Source of the DNA: Octopus sinensis
Lineage: Eukaryota
DNA: 64,000 nt
Reading direction: 5' to 3'
Assembly (NCBI RefSeq): GCF_006345805.1
Contig: NC_043019.1
Coordinates: forward strand, 29,511,360-29,575,359
Positions 27,951 through 40,438 of this stretch are shown here, piece after piece. Under the pieces are notes generated by a model. The model ran no database searches. It was given only the letters and a program-made list of their open reading frames with translations, and was not told the DNA's origin. Both the position numbers and the translations under genes were made by a program. The first letter of the stretch is position 1. Every line of letters starts with the position of its first letter.

Positions 27951-28305
27951 CTACAATCTCAAACCAGTTTTGAACCACAGACTGGTTTCATGCAAGACAA
28001 TTTTTCCATGCACTGGAGGATCACCTGCATAACAAAACACAATTAAGTGTGGCTCAGTATCAAATGATCCATGACCTAGTACTGATCCACGACCTAGTAC
28101 TGGTCCATGACCTGGTATTGGTCCATGGACTGGTACTGGTCCATGGCTTGGTACTAGTCCACAGCTTGGTACTAGTCCACAGCTGGGTACTGGACTACAG
28201 ACTGGTACTGGTCCATGGATTGGTACTGGTCCGTGGCCTGGTACAAATCTAGGGTCTGGCACATGGCCTGGTACTGGTCCACAGCCTGGTGGTTGGGGTT
28301 CCTTG
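27951..28305 (-). mobile_element. hAT/Charlie (MER1-like) MITE with an internal 18-bp minisatellite
   Basis: Minus-strand ends CAAGGAACCCCAACC... and ...GGAAAAATTGTCTTGCATGAAACCAG resemble recalled MER1 termini. The TSD is degenerate (AGTTAAAC/CATTAAGC). The middle matches the 55625-56461 element. Confidence 0.75.
28076..28285. repeat. 18-bp minisatellite, about 11.7 copies, consensus CTGGTACTGGTCCATGGC
   Basis: Units were read in register from 28076. It explains the GHGPVP-repeat ORF at 27951-28262. Confidence 0.95.
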
Positions 28306-28384
28306 CATTAAGCAGCATATAAAACAACATCAGTAGATAGCTCTACATAGTCACTCAAACTATGAATAGTGGGAGCCAAATTAC

Positions 28385-28800
28385 CTTCAAATTATATAGC
28401 ATAGCACAAGGAAGAGACACAGATATTGCTAGCAGCAACACCCAGCATTTTAAATTCTTTCTAGATCCCTAAATTTATAAAAAAGAAGAAACTCTAGCCC
28501 AGTGCTAATGCATCTTGCTCTTCCTCCAACTACCATAGTTACTATACGGACACTTGAACTAATCAGTGAAAAACATGGTACACGCTGATACCAAGTCATC
28601 ATGGGGTTGCAAGTAATGACTCTAGTAACCTTCTAAACTAAGCGGCTGTCATGCCTTCATGTAATCAAATTTACTGCAAGCATTAGCACCTGGCTAATTT
28701 CAAAAGCTAGTCCCACCTTGTTAGCATCACAGAAGTAGGTATTTCTGTTTTACATCTTCATGAGATAGCAAACTCATAATTACTCTCAGTGTAAGTGTGT
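28385..28800 (-). mobile_element. Decayed LINE reverse-transcriptase fragment
   Basis: The minus-strand frame FLLFINLGI*KEFKMLGVAASNICVSSLCYAI matches the LF.LFIN.L...L...GV......LLYADD RT segment, with stops and a mutated YADD. Confidence 0.5.
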
Positions 28801-29019
28801 TCCAGCCTTCCAAAAATAAGATTTATTTATTCCTGCAATACTTTGGCTCTCTAAAAAAATCAAAAGCTTCATGCTTCTAATCTTCTTGGAGGTGGTGGTG
28901 GTGGTGGTGGTTGTTCTTTTAGCCCTAGTTCAGACATTCACAACTTGATCTACGATCAAAGTCATGGCAGCCATGACCATCCCATTTTAATTTCCAGCAT
29001 TGTGTATCTAGGTTTCTTT

Positions 29020-29170
29020 CCTTGTTTTTTTCTGTGTATCTTTCTGTAGAAGAGCATAGGCTCGAAACGTAAAAGACTTTTTCTATTCCTGAGCGTTATA
29101 CTAATACATCTGTTTGTTTTGTACACCACCTGTCTTCGTCTTTTGTTTTTTTCGTAATCTCTCCCTTTAT
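29020..29170 (+). mobile_element. Penelope-like-element-type terminal fragment
   Basis: It carries a hammerhead-like motif plus the TTCCTGAGCGT shared with the 11270 fragment, and ends at a TA run. Confidence 0.5.
29039..29076 (+). ncRNA. Type I hammerhead-like motif with non-canonical core CUGUAGA
   Basis: Stem I TCTTT/AAAGA, CTGTAGA at 29044-29050, stem II GAGC-ATAG-GCTC, GAAA at 29064-29067, ACGT stem III and a GUA site. Confidence 0.55.
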
Positions 29171-30364
29171 ATATTGTTAATGTGTCCTTTCTTTTTTAAG
29201 ATGGTAGGGCATAGGTACCTAAGAAAACTGTGCTGTTTTTTTTTTTTTCTGGCCGAACAACGTCTCAACATAAGTTGTATGGCAAAACTAGCTACATCAG
29301 AGTGATGTTTGAAAAGGGCTGACAGCTCAAATAGCTAGGCCAAACACTCGGAATGAAGTAAGGCAGGAGACCAAAAGAAGCATTAAGATGGAAACTACAT
29401 GTTAAACCAAATCCTGGCTGATCAAAGAACACCTGATGCAGAATAGTAGAAGGTGAGCAGAGAGAAACGCCTTTTATAAAGAACACTCCATAAAGAGTTG
29501 CTAAATAGCAATCAGAATGATGTCAAAATTTCAAAGCTTTATTTCCCAACTAGGAGGAAGAGAATTAAATAAGGGTCAAATTTGAGGGGGTTTGGCTGTT
29601 ATTTCTAGCAGATTGAGCAACCACATTGAGGCTCCCTTGCTGGCTTAACTCCTCATCTTGTTATTCTTTAGCCCCAAGTCACACCTGATACAGCAAACCT
29701 ATGATCAATGGTGTTTCGACTTTTACCCATTCCATCTTATTTTCTAGCATTGCATATTACATAATTTGATAAGACCCTTTGTTTTTGTTTTGGTTTTTTT
29801 TTTTCGTTTTGGGGGTATTTTTTTAAAGTTGGCTGTGTATGATTTCAGTGAGATTTGACTGCTATTTCTTGCTGCTCAACCAACTCACTGACTTTATATT
29901 TCATTCTTCTTATAAATTCCTAGATACATCTACTTTTCTTCCAGCTGAGAAAGCCTGCTATGCCTATCTTATATTGCATGATTTATGGTGTTATTTCAAC
30001 AGTAGTTTGCCTACTGTCAAAACTAAATCTCAAACAAACCATAGATATGCTTCATAGCTAAAAAGTTGTTGTCTCTTCAAGTGAACATGGCTATCTTCTG
30101 CTTTATTACTAATAATATTAGAAGCTTTTACAACTCTGACTCTATATACAGGCTCCCATTTTGATTTCAATTTGCAAGCATCCATTCGTTTGATCTACTG
30201 GACAATATACTCTTTGAATTGGCAAGCAATGTGGCTGAGTATTCCACAGACATATGTACCCTTAATATAATTCTCAGGCCAAATTAGTGTGGCACAAGTG
30301 TAACAAGGTGGAAGTCTTTGAATTACTAGTACAGCCATCCAATGGGCTGCTATGTAATTTGTGT

Positions 30365-30540
30365 CAGGAATGGCTGTGCGGTAAGACGCTTGCTTCCCAA
30401 CCACATGGTTCCGGGTTTAGTCCCACTGCATGGCATCTTGAGCAAGTGTCTTCTACTATAGCCTCAGGCTGACCAAAGCCTTGTGAGTGGATTTGGTAGA
30501 CAGGAACTGAAAGAGACCCATCATGTATATATATATATAT
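30365..30540 (+). mobile_element. 5' half of a family B SINE; the 3' half is displaced to about 32332-32480 by the Helitron
   Basis: The head and core end in (TA)n. The sequence after 32332 (TGTGTCTGTGTTTGTCCC...) is the normal continuation seen in the copy at 61030. Confidence 0.75.
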
Positions 30541-30964
30541 ATGCTTCCATTATTTGGATTTTCTGGGAGCCCCTTTTAAAGTAGAAGGAATAGCTAAGTT
30601 TTTTGACTGCTATTTCTAAACTTCGGTATGTGGTGAAGCAAATCTTTGCTGAACCCTAATTATAAAGTATATATATATATATATATACACACTAGCAGAT
30701 ATACCCAGCATTGCCTGGGTTAAAGAGAATAATGAAATTTAAAGACACTGTCTAGATTATGCAGGTCTCAACTGCTAGTAGTTGAGACACCAACTTTCTA
30801 CATTAATAACTCTCCAACCCATGCCAGCCTGGAACATAGGCGTTAAGTGAAATGTTAAAAGAAAGTATTCAACTCATATATGTATAAAAAGTAAATATAT
30901 GTAATTCAAAAATATGTTTTGTATACCTTATTTTGTAACTAAAAAAACAGGTACAGATTATAAA

Positions 30965-31462
30965 CAATGAAAGGCCGATTTTGGTGATTCATTTGACAGA
31001 GGTAGTAGAGAGCCAATTCGATAATAAATCTGACCTTTGACCTTGAAAGTTTCATGAATCATGGCTCGGTTAAATCTCTTGTGGCTCCAAATAATGTCAT
31101 CTGTAGTGCCACTTTGTATTGTCTAATTTTGTTCTGGAAGTGCTTGAAATCTTGATCAGTTGATGACAACAGATTCTTCAATGGTTTGGGAGGTTGGAGG
31201 ATTGTAGGGAGTTTAACCCTTCCACCACTGCAGCACAGTGCAGGTGTCTCTTCAGGTCACTTCCTTGCTTTACAATGCATGCACTCAGTTGTCATTGCAC
31301 CAATGGAAACTCTTGTGTCATCTGCATAATGAACTGCTGGATCATAATTGAAAGCAGCATGCCTCTGTTCATCACTGAGATGCTCTAGATTTTGTAGTGC
31401 AGAGACATTCTTTTGGCTGACCCTGACATTGTAGACAAATTTGACACTTTCCTTCTAGGCAT
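30965..31462 (-). pseudogene. Helitron RepHel N-terminal region, disrupted
   Basis: MPRRKVSNLS...(frameshift)...AAFNYDPAVHYADDTRVSIGAMTTECMHCKARK*PEETPALCCSGGRVKLPTILQPPKPLKNLL...QMTLFGA...(frameshift)TFKVKGQIYYRIGSLLP matches the recalled Helitron motif C..C.A....E....CC..G(K/R)V.L...QMTSFG...GQ.YH.IGSLLP. Confidence 0.85.
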
Positions 31463-31465
31463 GGT

Positions 31466-31850
31466 TATATTTATTTTTATTTTTATTCATTTTTAATTTA
31501 TTTAGTTTCAGCTCTCGAGCTGTGCCCATGCTGGGGCACCGCCATTTGGTGTTGCTACATGATTTTACTTCACGAATGCTTTTTAGCAATTGCCATTTGG
31601 TGCATGAGAGAGTTCGATGCAGCTGCCCTCATCTGCACCTCCTGCCGTGAAGTTGGTTCATCTGGGACACCTGACAGGAAGAGATCCAGTTTTATTTTAA
31701 AGACATCTACATCCACCCCATGCAGGTCTCTCAGGTTCTTCGGGAGGATATTGAAGAGCTGTGGGCCTCTGAAGCCCAGGCTACCACAGTATCTTGTTCT
31801 ACATCTTGATGGCAAATTTGGAGTCCTTGGCACTATGCAGGGGCGTATAT
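31466..31850 (-). mobile_element. CR1/L2-group LINE 3' fragment nested in the Helitron
   Basis: The ORF segment SLGFRGPQLFNILPKNLRDLHGVDVDVFKIKLDLFLSGVPDEP...AASNSL is a typical CR1-group ORF2 end. It is followed by a stem-loop 3' UTR and an A-rich (TAAAAA/TAAAT) tail. Confidence 0.85.
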
Positions 31851-34439
31851 ATGTATACAGATTTACATAGTAAACAACGAAAATAATTGGGTAACAGAAA
31901 TTATATTTCTTAATACGACGGGTAGAAAGTAAATAAGAAATTTTTACAGAAAATAAAGAATTGTACAGGTTGAAGTGAAATATGTCACTTAGTGAACCTA
32001 AGAGCCAATATTGAAGGAACGAGAAAAAAGCTGTTAACAACAGGAAAACACAAAACCGTTGCAAAAGTAAATGAGAAATTTTTAAGGAAATTAACTAAGT
32101 GTACGGATTTAAGTGAAATTTTTGAAGTTACTTCTGTCAGTAAATTATGAACTTACTTTTATCAGTAATTCTGTCAACAACAAAAAAATTCATTATGTGA
32201 AAAATTTATAAAGTCGAAAACCATCTCTGGAACATAAGTAATGTATGTTCCCAGTTTGGAAAAAATAAGTTGAAAAATACACCCGTTATAATCTTTTGCA
32301 CACACAGACAGAACAGGATTTATATTATAGATATTCATGTGTGTGTCTGTGTTTGTCCCTCCCACCACCACCACCACCATCGCTTGACAATGGATGTTGG
32401 TATGTTTACGTCCCTGTAGCTTAGCAGTTCAGCAAAAGAGACAGATATAAAAAGTGCTAAGCTTACAAAAAAATAAGTTGATTTCTTCAACTAAAAGAAA
32501 AACCTATATTCATTCACAAAGCTTGGGTTGACATGAGTATGGCACCTTGGGTAAGTGGCCTTGGGTCAACGGATGCCTTGTGAGAGGAGCTGAATTAGTT
32601 AGAATGAAACTGCATGGAAGCTCATCATAAGTGTTTGTCTTGTGTGTGTGTGTGTATGAATGTTTTTCATTTTACAATTGTGCATGAAACCACTTGAACA
32701 AAAATAGTTACAATATGCTGACATTCCTTGTCAACAAATAATCTTGCGGCCCTGTACTTTTAAAGACAAATGGAATAACAAACATCTTCCATGAAAAATA
32801 TGTCTAGCCAAGGAGAAATATTATCTTACTTGGAAACAGGTGAGGGTTGGCAACAGGAAGAGCATCCAGCTATAGAAAATCTACCTCAACAAATTCCATT
32901 TGAAATATGCAAGTATGGGAAAATGGACATTAAATGATGATGATGTTGATTTTAATTTATCAAAGAATTAGAGAGAGAAATAAAAGATAAAAATCATCGT
33001 AAATTTATTCCTTCAAAACAGTTGTGACATGAGCCTCTCCTAAGACTAACCTACCATGTAGTTAATTTCCAATGTATTGCAAAAAGAAAAAAACATTAAA
33101 AATCATGTAACGTTTGCAAAAGAAAAAGAAGGGTAAACAAAAAGGGGTTAATGAAAAACATTAAAAAAATATAACAGAACCAAAAGTGTCTTCCAATTCT
33201 CTCTGGAATGCAAAGAATTCTTTGAAAAAAACCCCAGAGGTAACAGATGATTTTAACTTAATTTAAGGATCCTTAAAAAGCAAAAAGGTGAAGAAATAGT
33301 GGCTTCAAGTAACTCACTCGTTTCTTGTGTTCTCTTTCTAGTTGCATTTGTTAGATTGTAGGATTTGTTGTACATTTTAGTTTCTATTAGAATTTTCAGA
33401 TTTTCAAGTATTTTTTTATCTCTTACTTGTTTCAGTCAGTGGAGTGGGGCAATGCCTTGAAAAGTTTTTAGTCAAATGAATCGACCTCAATGATTTTTTT
33501 TTTTTTAAACCTGGTACTTATTCTATCAATATTTTTTAACCACTAATCTATGGGAATGTAAACAAACATTGGTTGTCGAGTAGTGGTGATGGTGGTAGGA
33601 CAAAATTAGCGTGTGTGTGTGTGTGTGTATAAAAATTAACCTTGTATCATAATGTTATGTAAGACTCTCCTATTAAGGTATGTTTTGAGCAAGCTTAGGT
33701 TAATAATTTGAAGAAGTTATTCTTCTGATATGCTGCTAATTATGCATGTGTAATTCGTAAGAAATATGCTCGTGAAAGGGTTTAAATAAACCATCAGTTT
33801 GGTAACATAAGCCCACTACTTATTCTATCAGTCTGTTGCTGAACCACCAATTTACAGTAATGTAAACAAACCAACACTGGCTGTCAAATGTTGGTAGTGG
33901 CGCCAGTTTAGACACAAAAACCATACAAAGTGTATTTCATTAAAAACATGATGACATAAGATTAATTTGGTACTCGAGTGCTTCAACTGAAAATAAATAC
34001 AAGATTGGTAATACTCTGTAGATTTCATTTTTTTTTTTCTTTTAGGCTTAGACAGAGAGAAGGCAGCACTCACGACCCATTACACAGCTTCTAAGATTGG
34101 TGGGAAAGAGGAAGGAGTGTATTGAAAACGGAAACTTGACCCAAATGCTTGCAACAGAGTGCACTCCACTAAAAGCACCCAGAAATTATATCCATTTAAA
34201 ATATTTTGAAAATAAAAAAATTGTTTTTAAATTCTAAATCTTGCATTCCTTTTAGCTTTATTGAATCATATACATCCTTCATTGAATAACTTCATAAATG
34301 CACACTGGTTCCCTCATCCCACACAAACATGTGCATTTTTAGGCAAGCTTTTATTCACTTCACCCCACCTCTACCATCAGTTAGTGTCACCACTCCACGT
34401 CAATGTCTTTGATTTATTTTTTTCCCCCACTAAGACCAG

Positions 34440-34870
34440 TCAAGCCAAGTGAAACTGTAGTTGTGGCCGATGCCAGTGCTGTCTGACTGGCACTTGTGCC
34501 AGTGGAATGTAAAAAGCACCATTCGAGTATTGGGCCTTACGGAGGCAGTGACAGGTGACCGAGACCTTTGGCAATACAATGTGCTTTGTGTTGACCTGTC
34601 AAGCCAAGTGAGATTACAGCTGTGGCCGATGCCAGTGTCATGTCAACGGCACCCACGCTGGTGGCACATAAAAAGCACCCACTACACTCTTGGAGTGGTT
34701 GGCATTAGGAAGGACATGCAATTGTAGAAACCTGGCCAAATCAGATTCGAACCTGGTGCAACTCCCCAGCTTACCAGTTTTCAGTCAAACTGTCCAGCCT
34801 ATGCCAGTATGGAAAGCTGATGTTAAATGATAGTGATGATGATGATGATGATGATAATAATGATGATGAT
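34440..34870 (+). mobile_element. RTE LINE 3' end (ORF2 tip DRDLW plus 3' UTR and (GAT)n tail)
   Basis: GDRDLWQY motif and the tail CCTATGCCAGTATGGAAAGCTGATGTTAAATGAT. Related pieces lie at 15425-15600, 37850-38100, 38385-38765, 41680-41780, 44270-44585 and 56510-56700. Confidence 0.75.
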
Positions 34871-37800
34871 TCATGTTACTAATCTGACATAGTTTCTAGG
34901 CCTTTATCTTCGGGTTTTAAATCCTGCTGAGGTCAATTATGTCTTTCATTCCTCCATCATCAACATTATACAACATCCGTTTTCCATGCTAGCATAGGTT
35001 AGACAGTTTGACGAGTTGTTGAACCACAGAGCTGCATCATGCTCCATGTCAAATTTTGCATGATTTCTGCAGCTGAATGCCCTTCCTAATACCAACTACT
35101 TTACAATGTGTAGTGGGTGCTTTTTTCAAGTCACCCAACATCAGTGAGATTGCCAAGTAAGTTCCAAGACATGGTGGGAACAGATAATAAGTTTCCTACA
35201 CAGTCCTACATAGTCACATGGTCAGAGAACTGGGGAATTGGAAATGGCTAATTAAGTTAACCCCAGTCAAGTACTAGGGGATGATTTAATTACCTGTTCG
35301 TACTTCGCAAAATTCCTGATAGGTGACTATATAGGAAACATTTTTCTTTTGACAAGTGGCTAATAATTTCTAAGTAGAAATCAGAGATACTAGATGTATT
35401 TCTCAGAAGAATCATATGTTAATAATGCATTGCAAAATATTTATTACATACCTAACAAGAAAGAAAAAAAATACATCATTTACCAACAGTTTCTGTATCA
35501 ATAAATACATAAAGTCTTTATACAGTTGTAAGGAATGGTCGTGTGGTTAAGAAGTTTGCTTCCCAACCATGTGGTCTTCAGTTCAGTGCCACTGTGCAAC
35601 ACCCTGAGCAAGTCTTCTACTATAACCCTGAACTAGCCAGAGTCTTATAAGTATATTTGGTAGATGGAAACTAAAAAAAGGCCATTGTCCATGTATATAA
35701 AATGTGTGTGTGTTGTATTCCCCCCACCCCACCATCACTTAACAATTGGTGTTGGTTTGTTTACATCCTAGTAACTTTGCAGTTTGGCTCAGAAAAAGAC
35801 ACCGATAGAATAAATACCATGTTTAAAAATTAATAAATACTAGGGGTCAATTCATTCAACCAAATCTTTCAAGACAGCACCCCCAGAATGGCTGCACTCA
35901 AGTAACAGAAAAAGATAGCTGTGAATGTATATGATTTAAGTTAATACATGTTATATATAAACACACTTAACCTTTAAGTCCTATTTACTAGACTTGCCCT
36001 CAAATATGTTCCTTCACTATATAATAATACCCTAAATATTTTTCCTTTAGTATTTAATTTTTATCTTTGATTCTCAACACACATACAATAAAAATATCTA
36101 TTTGATAAACATGATTTATTTTATAATTCTTTCTCCTTTCTAGTTGCAGATCATTTAACTGCTTCATAGTTATATATATATATATATATCACTGTACTCT
36201 TGTCAGAAACATTACATAATTTACTTACCTCATTGTATGCAAAACTATTTCGACAAAGACAAACTATATACTACCTATCCATTTAAAAATTGAAATAAAC
36301 TAAAACAAAAAAACACAAAAAATAGTACAAGAGCAGTAAATAATAGCAAAGAATTCTTCACACTTGCAGTTGAAATATTTAAATTGTTTGGTGCCAGCAA
36401 ACTGCAGGATTGGAATGCTTAAAATTTATCAGATAAAAATCGATAACAACAAACAACTATAGTAAACTTACAGCTGATATTTTAGCAAAAGTTCACCTGG
36501 TTTCAATAGTAGGATTTTAAAAGACAATAAAATAAAGTAAAAAATCTCCAAAGAAATGGTAATAATAATGATAATAATGAAACAGAAGAAATTAGATAAA
36601 ATTTTATCATGAGAATTATATTCTCAAAAAACTGCTGACATGCCTTAATCATTGATATTCATTTTATCACATATAATTTTATTTTATCACATGTAAGAAG
36701 AACCGAATCCCACTACAGCTTTCACTGAAGTGTGAAATAAAATTTTTTTTAAATAATAATAATTCAAATAAGAGTAAAAAAATATAGAGATTGTGTCTGA
36801 GAATCCCACAGAATACTTGAACGGACAAGCAAATTGTGTTAAATCTATGCTTGGAATTGAAAATGGATTTATTGAACTTTGTGGAGGAGGTGGTAAGAGA
36901 GAGGGACAAAAAATTTTTTTACTATGCAAATTTTATAAAACAGTAGGAAGTCTCGTGTGAAAAGACAAAGTTTGTTGTCATGGCAATAGTAATAAAATGT
37001 GTAAATATTACATCTAAAGAAGAAAAAAATACATATACATTTTAAAAATTATACAAGCCAATAATTTATCAAAAAACATTTATTTCCTCAAAATATTGAT
37101 ATCTCTTTGGAGGATTTACAGATAAATAGAGGGAAATAAATTGCATAAATTGATTATTGGACATCAAAATGAGCATAAATAGGTTACATTCTTTAACCAA
37201 AAAAAATACATAAACGAATGACTAAACAAATAAAACTCCAATACTGTTGCTGCTTGTTGGTTGTGTTTTATATTTTATTTTTTTGCATTTTTGTTGGGTT
37301 TTTTTTTACAAATTTTATCAGCTCACATAATCATCTTACATATGGAATTTATCAATAAACAGAAGGTGATCAAGTGTGTCATATAGAAAAATAGTTAAGG
37401 AAAAACAAATTTAGGCTGTGAGAAAAAAAAATGCTTCAAATCCATATCAGTAGGAGTTAATTGAAGACGTTAACTCACACATATATATGTATATTTTTGT
37501 ATGTTTGTGTTCACACATGCATGCATAAACACACATGCATACATATGTAGATATACGGCAAAGAGGTTTGTTCTTATTCTGATTGATGTGAGAAAGTACA
37601 AGAGGCAAGATGTTTTTAATATGCATTTCTAATAGTATTACATCTATTTACTACATCACTTAAGACAGTTCAACCTATGAGAATGACATAAACATCAAAG
37701 AAGAGGAAAGAAAACAAGAGAAATATATGAACATGTAGAATGAGTGCAGCCACAGATGTATACAGTCAACAAGATTGCTTAGCAAACATTCCACGTTCAC

Positions 37801-38127
37801 TCCCACTACATGGCATCTTCAGCAATTGCTTTTCTTCTACAGTATTATATCATCATCATCATCATCATCATTTAATGTCCGTTGTTCATGCTGGCATGGG
37901 TTGGATGGTTTGACCAGAGCTGGTAAGCTGAGGAGATACACCAGACTCCAGTTTGATTTGGCATGGTTTCTACAGCTGGATGCCCTTCCTAATGCCAACC
38001 ACTCCAAGAGTGTAATGGGTGCCTTTACATGTCACTGGCACAGGTGCCAGTTGTGTGGCACTGGTATCTGTCGCAACTAGAATTTCACTTGGCTTGATGG
38101 GTCTTCTTACTCAAGCATGGCATATTT

Positions 38128-38171
<44 letters not shown>

Positions 38172-39878
38172 GATATACTCACTCAAAGGCATACCTTGAC
38201 TTACACTCAATAACTGATTCCAAGATGTGCAACTTAATTAAAAAAAAAAAACCCACATAACATGAAAACAAACTTTTAATAGTTTTATAGTTCATATCCG
38301 TTTTAATAAATGATTTGTACATATTTTCACAGATATTCCATAAATTTCTTTTTAAAAAATAACAAAGTTAAAAAAAGACATAACCTGAAATGATGTACGT
38401 TGAGGTCGATCTCAAATGATATGATAGAGGGCTGAGATATGTGGCGCATTGCTGTACTCAAGAAGACCCTCCCACAACAGAATTGAGATCCTAGAACTAA
38501 TGTGCCACATAAAAAGCAATGATGTGGGTGTTGGTGCCACATAAAACATGGTGGCGCTGGTGTCATGTAAAAAGCACTGATGATAATAGTGCCACATAAA
38601 AAAGCACCCAGTACACTGTGAAGCAGCCTGTATTAGGAAGGCCATCCAGCTAAAGAAACCAAGCCAAAACAGATTATGGAACCTGGTGCAGCCCCTGGCC
38701 TTGCCAGTTGCTGTCAAGCCATCCAACCTATGCTGGCATGGAAAACAGACATTAAATGTTGATGATAATACACACACACATCTCATGTGAGATATTATTT
38801 GTGATGTATATCAGTGAAAACTATAAACTTCAGACTGACCAAAAAACTGATGCTTAACAATCAAAGAATCTTGAGATGATTGTTCTGCACTAAAATACAT
38901 GGGTGCTCCCTTGTATCGACTCTCCATTGTCAGAAACATAGTGAACCAGATGAAGGATGTAATCTTCATTGACCACAGTATTCTTCAAGTATTTATTAAC
39001 TCTAAAGCACATAATAATGGAACAATGCCCTACAAAACCCATAATTGACAAGCTATCCTGTGCATCTGCCCATCATTTTGCCTGAGGCAAATATAACAAG
39101 AGGAAGAGAAAAAATGTTCAGACGTGACTTTAGAACAAGAATTATAAATGAAATATGTTACAAATATTCTTTCAAATGTTCAGTTATTCACTTATATAAA
39201 ACTTTCTTTCTAGCTCCTCTTCTTCCAACTCTCTTTCTCTCTCTCTGATTTATGTGAATACACATTAAGACATGACAATTTAACATGTCAGCATGTTTAT
39301 CAAGCATAAAAACTGCATGAATTGTTGGTCTATTTAAATTTCAAGTAATACTCTTTTTAAAAAGTAAATCTTTTACTTCCATTTTTATTTTCTCTTTTGC
39401 TTAAATAATTCACAAACACCATCTGGTTTGAGAATTGGTTTTGTTGTTGCTGAGGTTTTGTTGCATATATCCCAGTCCCAGGTGATCTCTGTTAAAGCAA
39501 ACCTATGATCAAAAATATTTCAGCCACAACCACGTAATTTTTTTATATATATATATATATATATATAGGCAGTGATGGTCACGGCTGGAACATTTTAAAT
39601 CAAAGGTTTATTTTATCACTTGTAGCTGAACAATCATAACAAAGACCAAAATTTCAAAACTATCCAGCCAAACACTTCACTTTTTATCTATGAATCTTCT
39701 TCATCTTCAATTACTACTACTACTAATACTACTACTACTACTACTGATTAACAGAAACTTTCCTTCTTCAAGTGAACTACAGAAATAATGCATTCACAAG
39801 CCAAAAAAACCTTAAAGAGATTGCTTGAACTTCTAGAAATAACAACCAAACATCTAAATTCACACTTTGGTGATTTAA

Positions 39879-40091
39879 CCCTTAACCCTTCAAATTACTA
39901 TCAAGTTTAATGTTTATTATTTACAATTTTGAATTAATAGTACATTATCTTGTAGCTTCGAGATTTTGATGATGTGATTGTGTTTTTAGAATGATATTGT
40001 AGGGCAAGTGTGAGTGGCCTGATCTAGTTGGTTTGAACATAAAACAGGTAGAATATTTGGGCTGGATACGGCCGGTTTAAACTCTAAAGGA
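39879..40091. mobile_element. piggyBac-type MITE, diverged
   Basis: TTAA|CCCTT...CTAAAGGA|TTAA, with internal sequence shared with the other copies. Confidence 0.7.
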
Positions 40092-40381
40092 TTAAGAAAA
40101 AGCCATGCTAGATGGCAATGTAGGTGCAGGCACTTCTGAAAGTGACAGTATGGTCATGACAGGAATGCCTTATTCTATCAGGGGTTTGTTGGATCATGAT
40201 TAACCTGGAACAGTACAGCTGGTCAAATACAAAGGAAGAGAGGAGCTAATTCAGTACAGCTGATCAAATATAAAGGAAGAGAGAAATAAATTCAATAAGA
40301 CAGAGTGATCACATCTGGAATGACTTTCATCATAGATCTGTTCAATCAGGACTGGCCTGGGACTACACATGAACATATACG

Positions 40382-40438
<57 letters not shown>

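Larger units (their letters stand above)
30692..32331 (-). mobile_element. Non-autonomous (internally deleted) Helitron with both termini
   Basis: On the minus strand the 5' end is A|TCTATAATATAAA at 32331. The 3' end has the hairpin ACCCAG-GCAATG-CTGGGT (30703-30720) followed by CTAG|T at 30692-30695. It is inserted between A and T, and an internal RepHel fragment lies on the same strand. Confidence 0.85.

Noticed and set aside
27951-28262. Pro/Gly-rich GHGPVP repeat protein, or a CRISPR-like array
   Set aside because: It is an 18-bp head-to-tail minisatellite inside a hAT MITE, with no unique spacers and no cas genes.
31570-32064. 164-aa ORF as a cellular gene
   Set aside because: It is a chimera of Helitron 5' sequence read into a CR1-type ORF2 C-terminus.
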